Shown here one piece after another: positions 46,157-58,260 of a stretch of 64,000 bases of DNA. The stretch spans positions 1-64,000 of the forward strand of contig MU008182.1 in the NCBI GenBank assembly GCA_010909165.1, given 5' to 3'. Made by a program: the position numbers and the translations under genes. Under the pieces are notes generated by a model that worked only from the letters and a program-made list of their open reading frames with translations, searched no databases and was not told where the DNA came from. This DNA comes from Anthoceros angustus. Taxonomy: Eukaryota > Plantae > Anthocerotophyta. Positions within the stretch are counted from its first letter, which is position 1. Each line of letters starts with the position of its first letter.

Positions 46157-46850
46157 AGTAACACCCCCCTTTTCAGCGAAGTGGGGCAGTCACGTAGTTA
46201 GCGACAAAAACATCACCAGACACCAGCACTAGGCCTCCAAATAGCACTAGGCCTCCAAATAGCCCGCCGTCCTTCCACAGGACGACTTGCAGTCAGCACG
46301 TCTGCCACTGCTGTTTATTCCAACAAGAATGCATGAGAGATCAGAGAGAGCTCCCCATCTTTGCCTAAGCTAGGAGCTTACCTCTCTTCCCTCGATCTCC
46401 TCCTCAATAGCTCTCCTCTAGCACGTTCACACTCTAGGCTCACAAGGCCTCTAGGCACCACAGTCCTATCCTCACGAGTGTAGCTCCCAATGCTAGGATC
46501 ATAGGATCTTCCTCTTGGGCTAGCCTCATCTCCTTTTATAGGGAGGCTTACATCATTTCCAAAGTAACTGCTAAAAGCAGACTTTCTTCCTTAAGCCCTA
46601 AGCTAAGTCTTACCACCACTACTTACAACTTACTAACGAGATCCATGGCTACATGCCTCTCATGCAAGGCTTCTTACTTTCTCCCCCAATGGGAAAAGAA
46701 TCACTGTCCTCAGTGATAGCCAACGTATCGAGACATCATCCAGGATCCTTTCTGAATATCCTCTAACGTTACCCAAACTGGATCTGAGATCCCACGCAAC
46801 TTTACCATATACTGTGGTATGATTCCATGTTTTGTAGGTACGCTACTCTC
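46157..46850 (-). mobile_element. LTR-like sequence (3' LTR of a minus-strand element); right boundary uncertain
   Basis: Left edge (A)GTAACACCCCC, i.e. ...GGGGGTGTTAC on -, a typical LTR end. CTATAAAAGG TATA box on - (~46530-46540); 19-bp tandem GCACTAGGCCTCCAAATA x2. Confidence 0.5.
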
Positions 46851-46884
46851 TGCAAGGAATTCCTCAATTTCCCGTAATCCTTAA

Positions 46885-47750
46885 TTATGCTGCATGAGAA
46901 CACTGTACGTTAAAACATACCGTAACAACATGACCCGTCTTGTGGCAATGTGTACAATATAATGCTTCCACCGCACATTTGCAAGCTGGTGACAAATGAT
47001 CAGAACTGCCACAGCGATTACACATAGTAGTCGTGACTGCAGTAGCTGAGATAGCAATGACCACCTTAGCCATCTTAACTTTTGTCGAGCTTAAGCACCA
47101 GCGGTGAGGGCTGCACCTCCAGAAGATACACCCTTCCCAGCAAACATGGTCTGATAATGAGCATACGACTTAGTGTGCTTATAAGCATAAGCAGAAAACG
47201 CCAACTCCTTCCGTTCTGCCTCCTGGAAGACCTGATCTAGAGTGTATTGATCTCCATATTTGTCCACAAGCGAGGTAAACAGCTGAAAATGAAACAATGG
47301 TTCCGTCTCAAGAGCAGCCAGAAACTTTTGTGCTGCCTCTTGATCAGTCAACATACCAGTTCCATCCCTGAGCTTTTGCAGCCGACGAAATGCCATTTGC
47401 ACTGTCTCTCCCTTCTTTCGTTGGAAAGCAGCAAGTTCAGCTATCTTCTCCGGGGTTTTAAATGGAAAAGCCTTCTCCAATATAGTGAAAAACTCCTCTA
47501 CAGGATTGGCAAACTTGGGTACAACAACGTGCTCATCAATCCCGGCGTGCGGTAGCCTCTCTTGGTATCATCTGACCACTTTAGGCCCTTACGTGGCCTT
47601 CCTGGCAACTGAGCTTGATGATGAGCCATTGCTGCTGCATGCAAATTATTGTATGCAAGCTGCAACGCCTGCTGATAAGCCGGATTGGGAGAAAGCACGG
47701 TTGCCGACAATCGTGCTGCTTCAAATCCAACGCCGTCACTCATATATCCG
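46885..47750 (-). mobile_element. gag with two CCHC zinc knuckles; no pol (non-autonomous LTR element)
   Basis: LEKAFPFKTPEKIAELAAFQRKKGETVQMAFRRLQKL...; CNRCGSSDHLSPAC and CTHCHKTGHVVTVC; LTR-like sequence follows directly. Confidence 0.8.
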
Positions 47751-49349
47751 GAAGTTGTTCAAACATATATCGATGAGAATATCTTGGGACCATGCTTAAA
47801 CTTCACCTTTGGTAAAATTGAAAACATTCAAATCTCTCAACGCTTTGAGTCCTGCTGCTGAAAATTTATCGATCCTAAGCACCGATCCAAGCTCGCCATC
47901 TCTTACGAACCACTCGAATCTTGGCCTCTTCAACGCCAAATCGTCCTCAGTTGATCACCACGTTTAATACCGACAAGGGTGACCAGCTAGCCAATTGTTG
48001 TCCAAAGATCCGCCGCATGCAACGCGGCCTCCCCTCAACATCAAATCGCTCCTTTGGTTCAAGTTACACTCCACCGTCTCGGTAACCCCTCTTGACGAGT
48101 AACCTCGGATGACGAGGAACCACTCGAGATCTCAAGCAATAGCGTGGCTCTTCATCCTCCTCGACATGCATTACCAATGACATGTCACGTAACCACCGCG
48201 AGCATGAGTAGAAAACCTCCTACCGCCCCTAACCAATGTATGGGTGACGCTTCTCACGACCAACGCGAGCAAATTGTCATACCTCCTCCTTCCACCGAAG
48301 CCAAAATGCAAAGACTCGGTGAGCGGTTGTGAGAGTAGAGGTTCGAGCTAAATGAAAATGAAACAATGGTTCCGCCAAGTTGAGTGGAGAGTTCCCTAGT
48401 CCACAAAAACGCAGCATCATCAACGTGCGGTGTGGCTCATGCTCACTCGATCATGCAACCTATTGTTCCAACCTGGATGAATTGCATAGAAAAGAATGAC
48501 AATCGTGAGCCATTGCTCGGCGATCGCGCTTTCGACTCTGAGACTCTCTGGACTCACGGCTACCAACATGTGACCTCTTAAGCTCGTCCCTGCCTCATCC
48601 GCTCCATCTCGTACAATCGCCTCGATTCTCTCCCGCCTCCCGCCATCACTCCTCGGTAACTTTGTTGGCGCCATCATTCATGCGCCGGATTCTCAACCAA
48701 AAGCCTAAATCTCGCGCCTATTCACATAGGCACCGCACACTATTGACCTAATCATGTTTTTTACGCATTTATACCCACATGCGAATTAACCTAGAACCGC
48801 TTATGCTAGCCATATCGCAAAGATGACACCCTTACTGCGAGAGGATAGTCCTTGACACTCCCAACCGCGATGACAAGGTCCACCGGTTGCCCAAGACAAC
48901 TCAAATGGGACAACCCTATCATGCGAACATCCATCGGCGGTGCCGGTAACCCTTCACCGACTCCCACGCCGAGGTTAGGTACTCCCCATCAAGTCTCTTA
49001 CGCCCTGACACAATCCTTGCTTTTGGATCCGGGTCACAATGCACGATCTTCGCACTTTGATGCCACACTTTAGCACCGCCCAAGCCGATCGATGCCTCCA
49101 AAGAGTTCCACGAGCACTATGCCGCCTTCCCGAGGTCGCCATGTGATGACCGGTGTTTAGGTCACAAACAGCTCAACCCTAGGCAAGAACTTACAGTTCT
49201 CCGGCTCATAGGACCTTGGTCCTCTTGCACCATCCTCCACAGCCTTTTGCACGGCCATCACGCAGTCACCACCCGTTAGTGACTTGAAGAACCTCCTCCG
49301 AGGGTGGTTGCAACCCTAGCTTGTCTTCCTCCTCCTCGCCGAAATCCTC

Positions 49350-50890
49350 CATCAGTCGATTGCGGTTGTTAGACACACGCCAAGAGGTTCAAGCACGTAT
49401 GGCGTGTCCTTCACTACGGCGCCAAACACTTTGGGTAGCTGTTGTGGCAATGAGGTTCTCATGATCCTTGCCATGCCTGAGAGGATGCGGGCAATCCGTT
49501 CATCGGTTTTGCTCCAGCCTTCTCCACCGGTCGATAGTAGAATCTCCGTCCACAAATCCACCATGACTCGAGGTTTGTACAAAGCGTCCGCCTCCAAAGA
49601 AGACATCAAAATGTATGCGCATCGGTGACCAAGCGGTGTACCTCGACAAAGGTGAAGTCTCTGTTCTTGGTTTGAATGAAACCTTCAGCTTGTACCTTGT
49701 CACCCCAACACATGCTCCGTGGTCCCAGCGGGGATCTTCCACTTGGTTTCCTTCAACCTTTCTTGGTGGAGACCCAACGCTTCCTTCACTCTTCTTCCAA
49801 CGATCACCGGTGCTCGGTGTCAATCAACACCTCCTTGGTGCGAATCCATTGATTTCAATGTGCCTCTCCGATTGTTGACCAAAGCCACTCCCACTGCAAA
49901 GATTCCGCTTCTCCACAGAGATGCTTGGTTCGAGGTCAAGAATGACATCATTGCCACTGTGGCAAATCTTGGACACTTGCTTCGCCTTCAAGGGTTGTCA
50001 ACATCCGCCGAGTCAAACCCCGACTTCCTTCACGCCAACCCCATGTCTTGTAGGTCAAACATGGCATCTCCGAAGCTTTTGTGCCATCGTCTCACCGCAA
50101 CTGCATGGGTTTCTCCACATCGCCCACTCGACTTTGATGTTGCTCCACATGTTCGCTGGCAATGGCTCAAACGACTTTGGCATCTTGGCATAGGTTCTGG
50201 AAGAGGATCCCAAGCTTCCTTCCGTGTCTTCCGTGACCGGTGTCAAGACATCCTCTTCTTCCTCCGAGCTATCTTCTAGCCGCCAGAGGTTTCTTCCCTT
50301 GCCCTTGATCCGTCACGCCGCCATGTATCCAAGCTTGTGCTCATCTTCTTCCCTCCGATGATGAACCGCCTCCTTGATCTTCGCCCGCACCAACTTCTCC
50401 AGCTTTGCAAGGCGTGCCACGAGCTGTCCATCGCCTTCTTTGATGCTTCCCGCTTTTGTCCACGGACTTCGCCGGTGCCTCCTCCACGGCGCCTTTGCTC
50501 TTCCGATTTTGTGGATGAGGTTGACGCAGATGCCGGGTTGCCGACAACCCGTAGGCCGCACCCGGATGCCCCAACATGCCGCTCATTGTGCCCGCATTCT
50601 CCACACCTAGGGCATGGCTCCTCACCCTTGACTCCTCCGAATGCATGCTCGCACTCATGAGGGGAATGGCCCGTCCCTCGGCACCTCACACAGGGGCTCG
50701 TCACTTGGGCTATGTGGGTGGCTTGTCTCGCCGAGCTCCTCCACTCGACCTCCGCGTCGGCCATGTCGTCCACCACTCCTATTTGTGCTGGAGTAATCAC
50801 TTGCAACAAGACGAGAGAAGTGTCATGCGCCAAAGATGTCGCCTTGGCTAACAGGCCCAGCTTGACGGTGGGCGCCGACAAGCGGCGCCC
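49350..50890 (-). mobile_element. Degenerate Ty3/gypsy-like gag (zinc knuckles) plus aspartic protease remnant
   Basis: CVRCRGTGHSPHEC and CPRCGECGHNERH; stitched IEINGFAPRR.LIDT(G)APVIVG...LVTDA.TFDV...ALYKPRVMVDLWTE (protease DTG region ~49810-49830). Confidence 0.7.
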
Positions 50891-50939
50891 CCAAGCCGAC
50901 GCCCACTGTCAAGGAGAACATTTCATGCAGTTTCAACCA

Positions 50940-52350
50940 CTTCAAAATTGAATTGAAATTACCTTGCCCTCAAACGCCGTTTGGAATCTAGCGACAACTT
51001 CGTCAGTGGAGTGCTGAGGATACTCCTGTCTCACCATCTCGAAAGATGAACACCCAAGGTGCTTGGCCATTGCCACCTGAATGATATGCAACTTTTTTCG
51101 CAAAATAATTTCATCCGACATACCCTTCAAATCGATGAGACCAGTGAGCACTTTTTCAGTTGCATTGATAAGCATTTGCTGCCCGCTTTCGCCTGTTGGA
51201 ATGCCTTGAAAGCAACGCCAGGGCTTTGTCTGCATCTCCTTCGGTTTCACAAATACCCCTTCCTTCCCTACTAGAAAAGGGCACCCTATGTTACAATCGA
51301 TGTTGGAATTTTTTGTTACACTTCCACATTGCAACATGTTTTGGAGGTTTGGTATTAAGTTTGTTAGTTCTGTGCCCGTTTGGTGCAGCCATCTTAACAC
51401 GAACCTAGCACTCTCTCTTCCCACCTCACCCTTCTCGGTACACCCCTCTCTCACAAGCATTGTTAATAATTTCCCACCGCCTTGTTACGTGGTTGCAATT
51501 TTATGTAACACTTCCAACTTGCAACATGTTTTGATGGCTTGGTGTTAAGTTGGTCCATTTTTCTCTTCCTTCTCCCACCATCCTAACACAATGCTTGGTC
51601 TCTCACTTCATGTACCACTTCAAAATTGCAACACTTTATGGTGGCTTGGTGTGTGGTGTCAATTTCTTATCCACCTTCTCACCCCATCTTAACACAATGC
51701 TTGGTCTCTCTCCTCTCACCTCACCCGCTAGTTATTGCCCCTTATCACACCCTTTTATACTCTTTCACTTCTCCTCCTCCATCATGACCGTGAGAAGGAC
51801 CTCCCTATCACAACCATTTTATACTCTTCCCTCTTCCTCTTGCAACATGATTGTAACAAGGACCTCTCTCTCCGGGGCCTTCCTTCCTTCCTATTTTACC
51901 TCCTTTGCATATCCTTTGTATACATATATATGTATATAGGCTTCAAGACATAAGTATGTGTAAGTATGTGTACATATATATGTACACATCCATCTGTTAT
52001 ACTTATATTATATTAGTGTATTTATATGCCTCCTTTGTATATATATATGACGTATATAGGCGTCAAGACTTGTTTATATAGTAATATGTATAGCTAACCC
52101 TTACGTCACTCTCATACCTTGCATATATAAGTGTTTGATTTTATTGACAAATTAATTGGAATTTTTGGAGTTCAAGCGTCCTCTATCCCTTTTCAAAGAT
52201 CGGCTTTTTGTTGCCACGATGCAATTGGCTTTATCTACAAACATGTACGCCTTCCAAGTGATATGGCCATATGCTCTTGACGCCACTTGGTGACTCTTAC
52301 CAACACCATTGTTTTCGTGGTTCCTCCACAACTTCCTAGACCTATCCAGC
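50940..52350 (-). mobile_element. Second, diverged fragment of the ParB-MTase gene family
   Basis: FVKPKEMQ.KPWRCFQGIP.GE...LIDLKGMSDEIILRKKLHIIQVAMAKHLGCSSFEMVRQEYPQHSTDEVVARFQTAFEGK/ aligns with 17370-17650 and ends at the same intron donor (50961-50962). A weak GGNH-like remnant and FVNKIKHLY lie at ~52110-52335. Confidence 0.75.
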
Positions 52351-55300
52351 CTCAATCACCACTTTCACGGCGAAGGACCCTGTAAATGCTAGGCTATAAA
52401 GGTGGGAATACCAATTCCATCTGCTTGTTGCCGATTGACCATCACCGGTCCACCACTCGCGACTCTCCCGCAAGAAAATGGCTCGAACATTCACATTCCC
52501 TCCACAAACGGCCCACCGCCACGGTTGTTTTCCAGTTGCATGCGCTCCCGCATTCTCTCATCCATCCAGTTCCCCACCATCTCTCCAGTGCTCCTCCCAC
52601 ATCCGTGTTCCCCACCATCTCTCCAGCGCTCCGCTCCCACATCCGTGTTCCCCACCATCTACGTTGCCTCCAAGATCACTTGACGACCCTGCTTGCCACC
52701 TTTCCTCCATCTTCCTTCTCTCCACTAGTATCCGTGCCTTCCTTCGACATGGCCTTCACCTTCCACCGCCTTCCTTCCCTTCTTCCCTGCAGTCATGCAC
52801 ACACATCACTTAGAGCTCACGTCCTACATATCACCACGTCGCACCAACCAGTCAACTCCTCATTCTCCACCCAACCTCCATCGCATAACCGGCTCACAGC
52901 CATGTACACTCCACCACGCCCATGCAGCCTGCACAACACGGCAATGACGTCGTCTAGTGGCTTACCGGCCAACTGCTCCATCAATTCTCCAATTTCAGGT
53001 AGTGGCAATGTAGTCGGTATGTCCGTCTCCACCTCATCATCCGCCATCTCCACATCTGCCTCCTCGCTCGCGCTTTCCCCATCATTGCTGCCACTGGTGT
53101 CCTTCTCCTCACCGTCCTCCTGACCATCATATGCACGCGTTCCTTGGCCCGCCTCCGCAACCGCCTCCTCCAGAGACCAGTCTCCACTCCTGTGGCAGCT
53201 TTCCTCCTCCACAGCATCCTCCTCCCACGTTGTTGGGGTTATCCATCGCCACCGAGAAGGTCCACAAGACCAATGGCCTCTCTCGCCACCACACGGTCGG
53301 CCTCTTGGGCAGCACCACCATGCTCCTCCCGATCACCAGCCCTCTTTCTGACTCACGCCAAATTCCTCCTCCCCTCCGATGTCACGGCCCAGATTCCTCC
53401 TCCGAAAGTTTTGGATTCTCTCCTGCAAAGCAGCTCAGTAGCTCCCCACCTATTAGAGACACCCACTCCCTTGCGGCCGCTTTCTCAAGATCGTCCTCCT
53501 CTTTGGCGCAGACTCCACCCCGAAGTTGCTCCTCCAAGACCCGACCGCCTCTCGCCGCCTCCGCTCCACGCGATGATCATCCACCCTCTCCACTTGATGA
53601 ATCCGCATTCTCCACGGCGCCCACCTCACTTGCGCTAGGACCATCCTTCGCGTGCTTCCATCCAAGAAGGGGACTACGTGGCATGCCATGCCACTGGCTC
53701 CTTGCCTTGCCATGCCACCTTCTGTTATTTGTGTTTGTGCACGGCGCACACGAAACCTTCCTTGTCCACGATGCCATTCCTCCATGCATGCCATATATAG
53801 TCCCCTTTTTATGACCATTTCGTGACCCAAGGACAAGTGTTTGCAATGCGATTTCGAGTGGCCGATGACCAAGGAAGTGCCATGCCATGACAAGGTCATG
53901 GCCATCTTACAACCGCCATGAACCAAGGACAATGGTTCCCTTTCTCTCAAATAAAATTCTCCCCTCCACAATGGTCCAAGGAAGGTGGGTGCAAGCCATT
54001 AGAATAATTGAAAACTCATGGCATGGAAGAAAACATGCCATGTCTGAAGGTCGTTTGAACTGACGGACGCGCTGTTCCACTGTTTCGGTATCTATATCAA
54101 CATCTACACCATTGTGCAAGGACGGTGGGTGGCACGTGAGAGCCATTCAAGCAAACTAAATGCCCCCTTTCATTATGCCATGAATGAAGGACCGTCCGTA
54201 TGTGAATTTGCCATAGATATGCCAATTCCCGTTCTCCTAGATAATGATGTCCATCGTTCGAGACTCCCATTCTCGCTTCCACCAATCATGCGTCACATGG
54301 CGAGGCGTAACGATAATGTATTCACGGCACCATGCTAGGTGACGGCTCGACGCCACTATGGCACGTCGCAAAGGATTTCCAGCCCTTAGGAGACATGAAA
54401 ACAAACTCGATTCGCTCCTCTGGCAGCGCGCGCCACCTTCACACTCATTGCATTTACTAGCAACCGTCCATCTTGGCAGCCCATCGAGCCATGTTTGGTT
54501 TGTCACATGTAACAGCTTGAAATTACCGGGCAAAGTGCGCACACATTCAAGTTTGCAGCGATGAGTGGGCATGGTGGACAAACGGTAACAGTGCACTGCA
54601 TACCGGCAGCCTTCAAGCTTGGAGACAAGGGGAGGCAACCTTTCGAGGGATGGGCGGTGGCAGCGATTGCTAGAAGGGAAAGTGGAAATCGTGAAAGGGG
54701 CCGGTGGAAATCATGAAAGGGGTGATAGTGGGGGTTCTGTGCCTGAGTTCCTTCAGCAGATAAGATAGGGAGTGTATGAAAAGACACTAGAGGTTCAGGC
54801 TATTGCAAGGAGAACAAGGGAAATGACCATTTTGCTTAACGACATTGAATTGAAGATGGATCTTGATATGGTGGCCTTTCTGAGACGACGGAAGGAAGGG
54901 GTGGGAGGCAACGATGGTGTACGAGGTGGTGACATGGACGAGAGGCTATCAAGGAATGGATGGCGCGAAGGGGCTTGGGAGGAAGGAGGCCGAGGGGCGA
55001 GGGACAACGGACTTTGAATGGGGAAAGGCGATGATGAACAAGGAGCGGAAGTGGAGACGCGAGGCGCAATCTTGAGGAAGCATGCAGGAGGGAGGCAGGA
55101 GGGGAACCGAGTGACAAGCAGGTGGTGCCCGCGACACCACGATTGCCTAGGGTTGGTGGAAGCCGCATGCCCGGATTGGGGTCAATGGAGGCAACGAGGG
55201 CCGTGTCGTGGGCAGCAAGCAAATAATGGAAAAGAGGTGGAGGGTGCCCGACACCGCCAGGTGACGGCCATGTATGGGGAGGGTGGAGGCTGGGATCGAT

Positions 55301-56589
55301 GGAGTGACGACGCCCGATGGAGGGCGGAACAAGGTGTGTGGAGGGGTGAGTCGGGTGGTGGAGCACGGAGGGGCAACCATCACTGAAGAAACACACTTGT
55401 GTGCACTATGGACAGCCAAAAATCGCAGGGGACTAGGAGGAGCGGGTGGCGGAGGACTAGAGTGGATCACCCAGCAGCCATGGTGGGGGCAAAAGGCGCC
55501 AGAACGAACATGAGGCGATGTCGAGGGGAGAGAGAATGAAGGAGGACTAAGAGGGCAACATGCGTGTGCGCTTGATATCGCAAAGGCCAAAGGCATGATG
55601 GAGGCCGTGGGGACAGACGGGGGACGAGAACATGGACGCAGCAGAGGAGGCAGTGTCAAGAGGACGATGTGCCCACTTTCGTGCGCATACATTGCAGCCT
55701 CGGATGCCGAGAGCATGGACTGCATAGTGGAGCCCCGCTGAGGCAACGCCACTGTGATAAAGGGTGGAGGCCGAAGAGGAAAACGGGAGGAGGAGTAGAG
55801 GAGGCAGGCGTGGGCGAGTGACAAGGGCACGCGCTACCGGAAGAAGGAGGACGGAAGAGGAAAATGTCCAAGAAGGGCGTAAGAAAAGAGGAGGGACCGA
55901 GGGAAGGTAAGGCAAATGGACAGCTTGTGGAAACCCATTAACGCTGGATAACTCATGACGGCCATGCTGGTGGTGTGTGTGCCCGCAGAAGGTGGAGGAG
56001 GAAGTGGCAAAGCTTGCCTCACCAACGCAAGTGGGAGGAAGAAGAAAATTGCGAATCGAACGGAGGAAGTTTCGTAGGTGCATACGATGACGAGTAGGAA
56101 GTGCCTTACATGGAGGCGTAAAAGCATAAGCCAACAGATACCAAATCTCCTCCGACAAAGACAATCTTGTAGGGGCATAACCTCACTGTGATGCGTCACA
56201 ATAAGGTGATAGGTGGGGACAATATCTTCTTGGGCGCCATGGCGAAGCCAATGGCTATTGTTGACGTGGAAGGACAAACCGCAAGCCAGATGCTATAAAG
56301 TAGGGGTATAAAGGGCATTTATTTACACGTATAGTAAATACAAAGTATCGTATCATGAATATGCATGCATAGGCGATTAGGGAACTGGACGCTGCGAGAA
56401 GCGTGCCACGCGAGAACGGTCGAGGCCGTAGGGCGAGACCGTTTAGGCCGCGGCGCCCGACGCGGCATTCCCTCGGCGAAGGAGCGGCCGAGTCTAGGGC
56501 CGAGATGCGCGCCCACCATCGGCACTGCAGACCAAGGCGATAGCCGAGGTCTGTGAGTACTTTAAGAGCTGTTGCCCTATCCCCCCGGC

Positions 56590-58260
56590 TTATAACTCTC
56601 TTTTCTCTCTCTTTCTGGTAGGGAAGTCACGCTTGTGCAGCTGGTGAAGTCCAGGAGGTGTGCTTGCGTAAGTGAGCTTAGCGATCCGGTTCACGACTTG
56701 GACGAGCTCCTTCTCCTCTGCTTTGTTCGTGGATGCCGAGAACCACGTTCTTAAGTGATCGAGAATTGGAATTTCGGGCTGTCTTGTGGTAAAAGCCGAC
56801 GACTTGAACACGTCTCCCATCCTCTACCTCCAAAGACCTGCGATTTCCATGTCCCGCAACCAGCACATACACAAAGGTGAGCCCTGGCTTAGTCAAGAGT
56901 CCTGAAGGAATCGGGCCGGTGAACTGGTTGGTCGAGACATTCATGATCGGCAAACAACCAAAGCAATCAGCAGCCGAAGAACAAACTTCCTCATATATAT
57001 AAAAACGCGCCAAACAAAAGTCAAGCCAGTGCCAACCAACTTATTTGGCTGTTATGTCTTACAAAAGTGTCAGCGCAGGAAGAGTCGCCAGGAAATCTGG
57101 GAGCTGGGTGTTCAGGTTATTGTTTTGCAGGTCCCTGCTCACTCAAGTAGGCACAACTTAGGGCATTGCATAAGCAAGACGAGCTGCTTCAACGGTCAAG
57201 GACAAAATAAGTAAGATCAACCAATTCTGACACAGAAGGACCAAATACTTACAAAGTAGCTAGATTTGTGAGGGAGCCCAATGAGCTAGGAAGCGGCCCA
57301 GTGAAGGTGTTGGAGGAGAAATCGTTCCTGACGCCACATGAGATGCTAGTAAGCTTCTTATCGATCAAGAAAACGAGGTTTGAAACAGAACAAAGGGAAT
57401 CGTAAAGGAGTTACAAGGAGACACTCACAAGGAGTTTAAAGCCGGCAAGGACTGGAAAACATCTGGTATTCCGCCAGAAAGGTAGTTGTGACTCACATTC
57501 CTGCCACGAGGAGTAGGCCGGATCTGTGGCTGATAAAGCAAAACTCGAATACTAATGGCATTACTAAGCGTCGCATGGTAGCACTGACATGGTGACCAGA
57601 AACCCAAGGGTCGATAAACTGGAGGGCAGGTTCCTATATAATCTGTTAAAGGCAATGTCTCCGCAGTCGTAACAAACGAAAGGATGAGAGAAACGCTACG
57701 ACAGTGTGTTGGAAAGCCTCAAGCATTCAAATTCAGAAATATGCACTCCCCAGCAAGAATATTATGTGTTCAGAGAACAGTACAGGTTCTGAAGACTTCC
57801 AGGGAGTTGGTTCGGAAAGGCTGATGAGATAGCGTTCAAGCTCACGTCCCAGCAACACCACTCCAACACCAATCACTACAGGGCGTATGGCCTCGACACC
57901 TCATAAGTGCACACCCGCGCTTGACCAATATATGACGAGTTCCGCGGTAGCTTACAATGTAACCAGGGCTTGCATGCCTTGCAGCGCGGGGCCGGCATTT
58001 TGTAGGTTCCCTGCCAAGTTCAAGTTGGGCACCACACTAGAGGCAGTGTCAGGTCTGATGACCCCAAGGCCTGTCCCAGCCAACCGCACAAGCCACGTAA
58101 ATCACACGATGCAGTATTCTCATATCTGGGTAAGCTTGAGCTTGACATTCTCAAGCTCAAAATGAGGCGCACGCAACTTCAAGAAGGCAGCTCGATCCCA
58201 TGCAGACTTTTCAGTCATGACACGAATCCACGTGACATACCGGCGGTCGGCGGTGATGGT
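56590..58260 (-). pseudogene. STRUBBELIG-receptor-family (LRR-V)-like receptor kinase remnant
   Basis: One-LRR-per-exon series with L-split donors: NVSHNYLSGGIPDVFQSLPALNSL (57429-57500, 72 bp), DFSSNTFTGPLPSSLGSLTNLATL (57253-57327), DLQNNNLNTQLPDFLATLPALTLL (57063-57134, 72 bp), DVSLNAISSAFPNQLPGSLQNL (SRF-like QLP), DIAFNRLYRNLPSSL, NVSTNQFTGPIPS. Some acceptors mutated; only a short kinase-like piece (EEKELVQVVNRIAKL) follows. Confidence 0.65.

Noticed and set aside
52400-56560. Many overlapping 60-230 aa ORFs as host genes
   Set aside because: Low-complexity, purine/pyrimidine-skewed TE-like sequence with ORFs in all frames and no identifiable domain; probably part of the second ParB-MTase-type element but not supportable.
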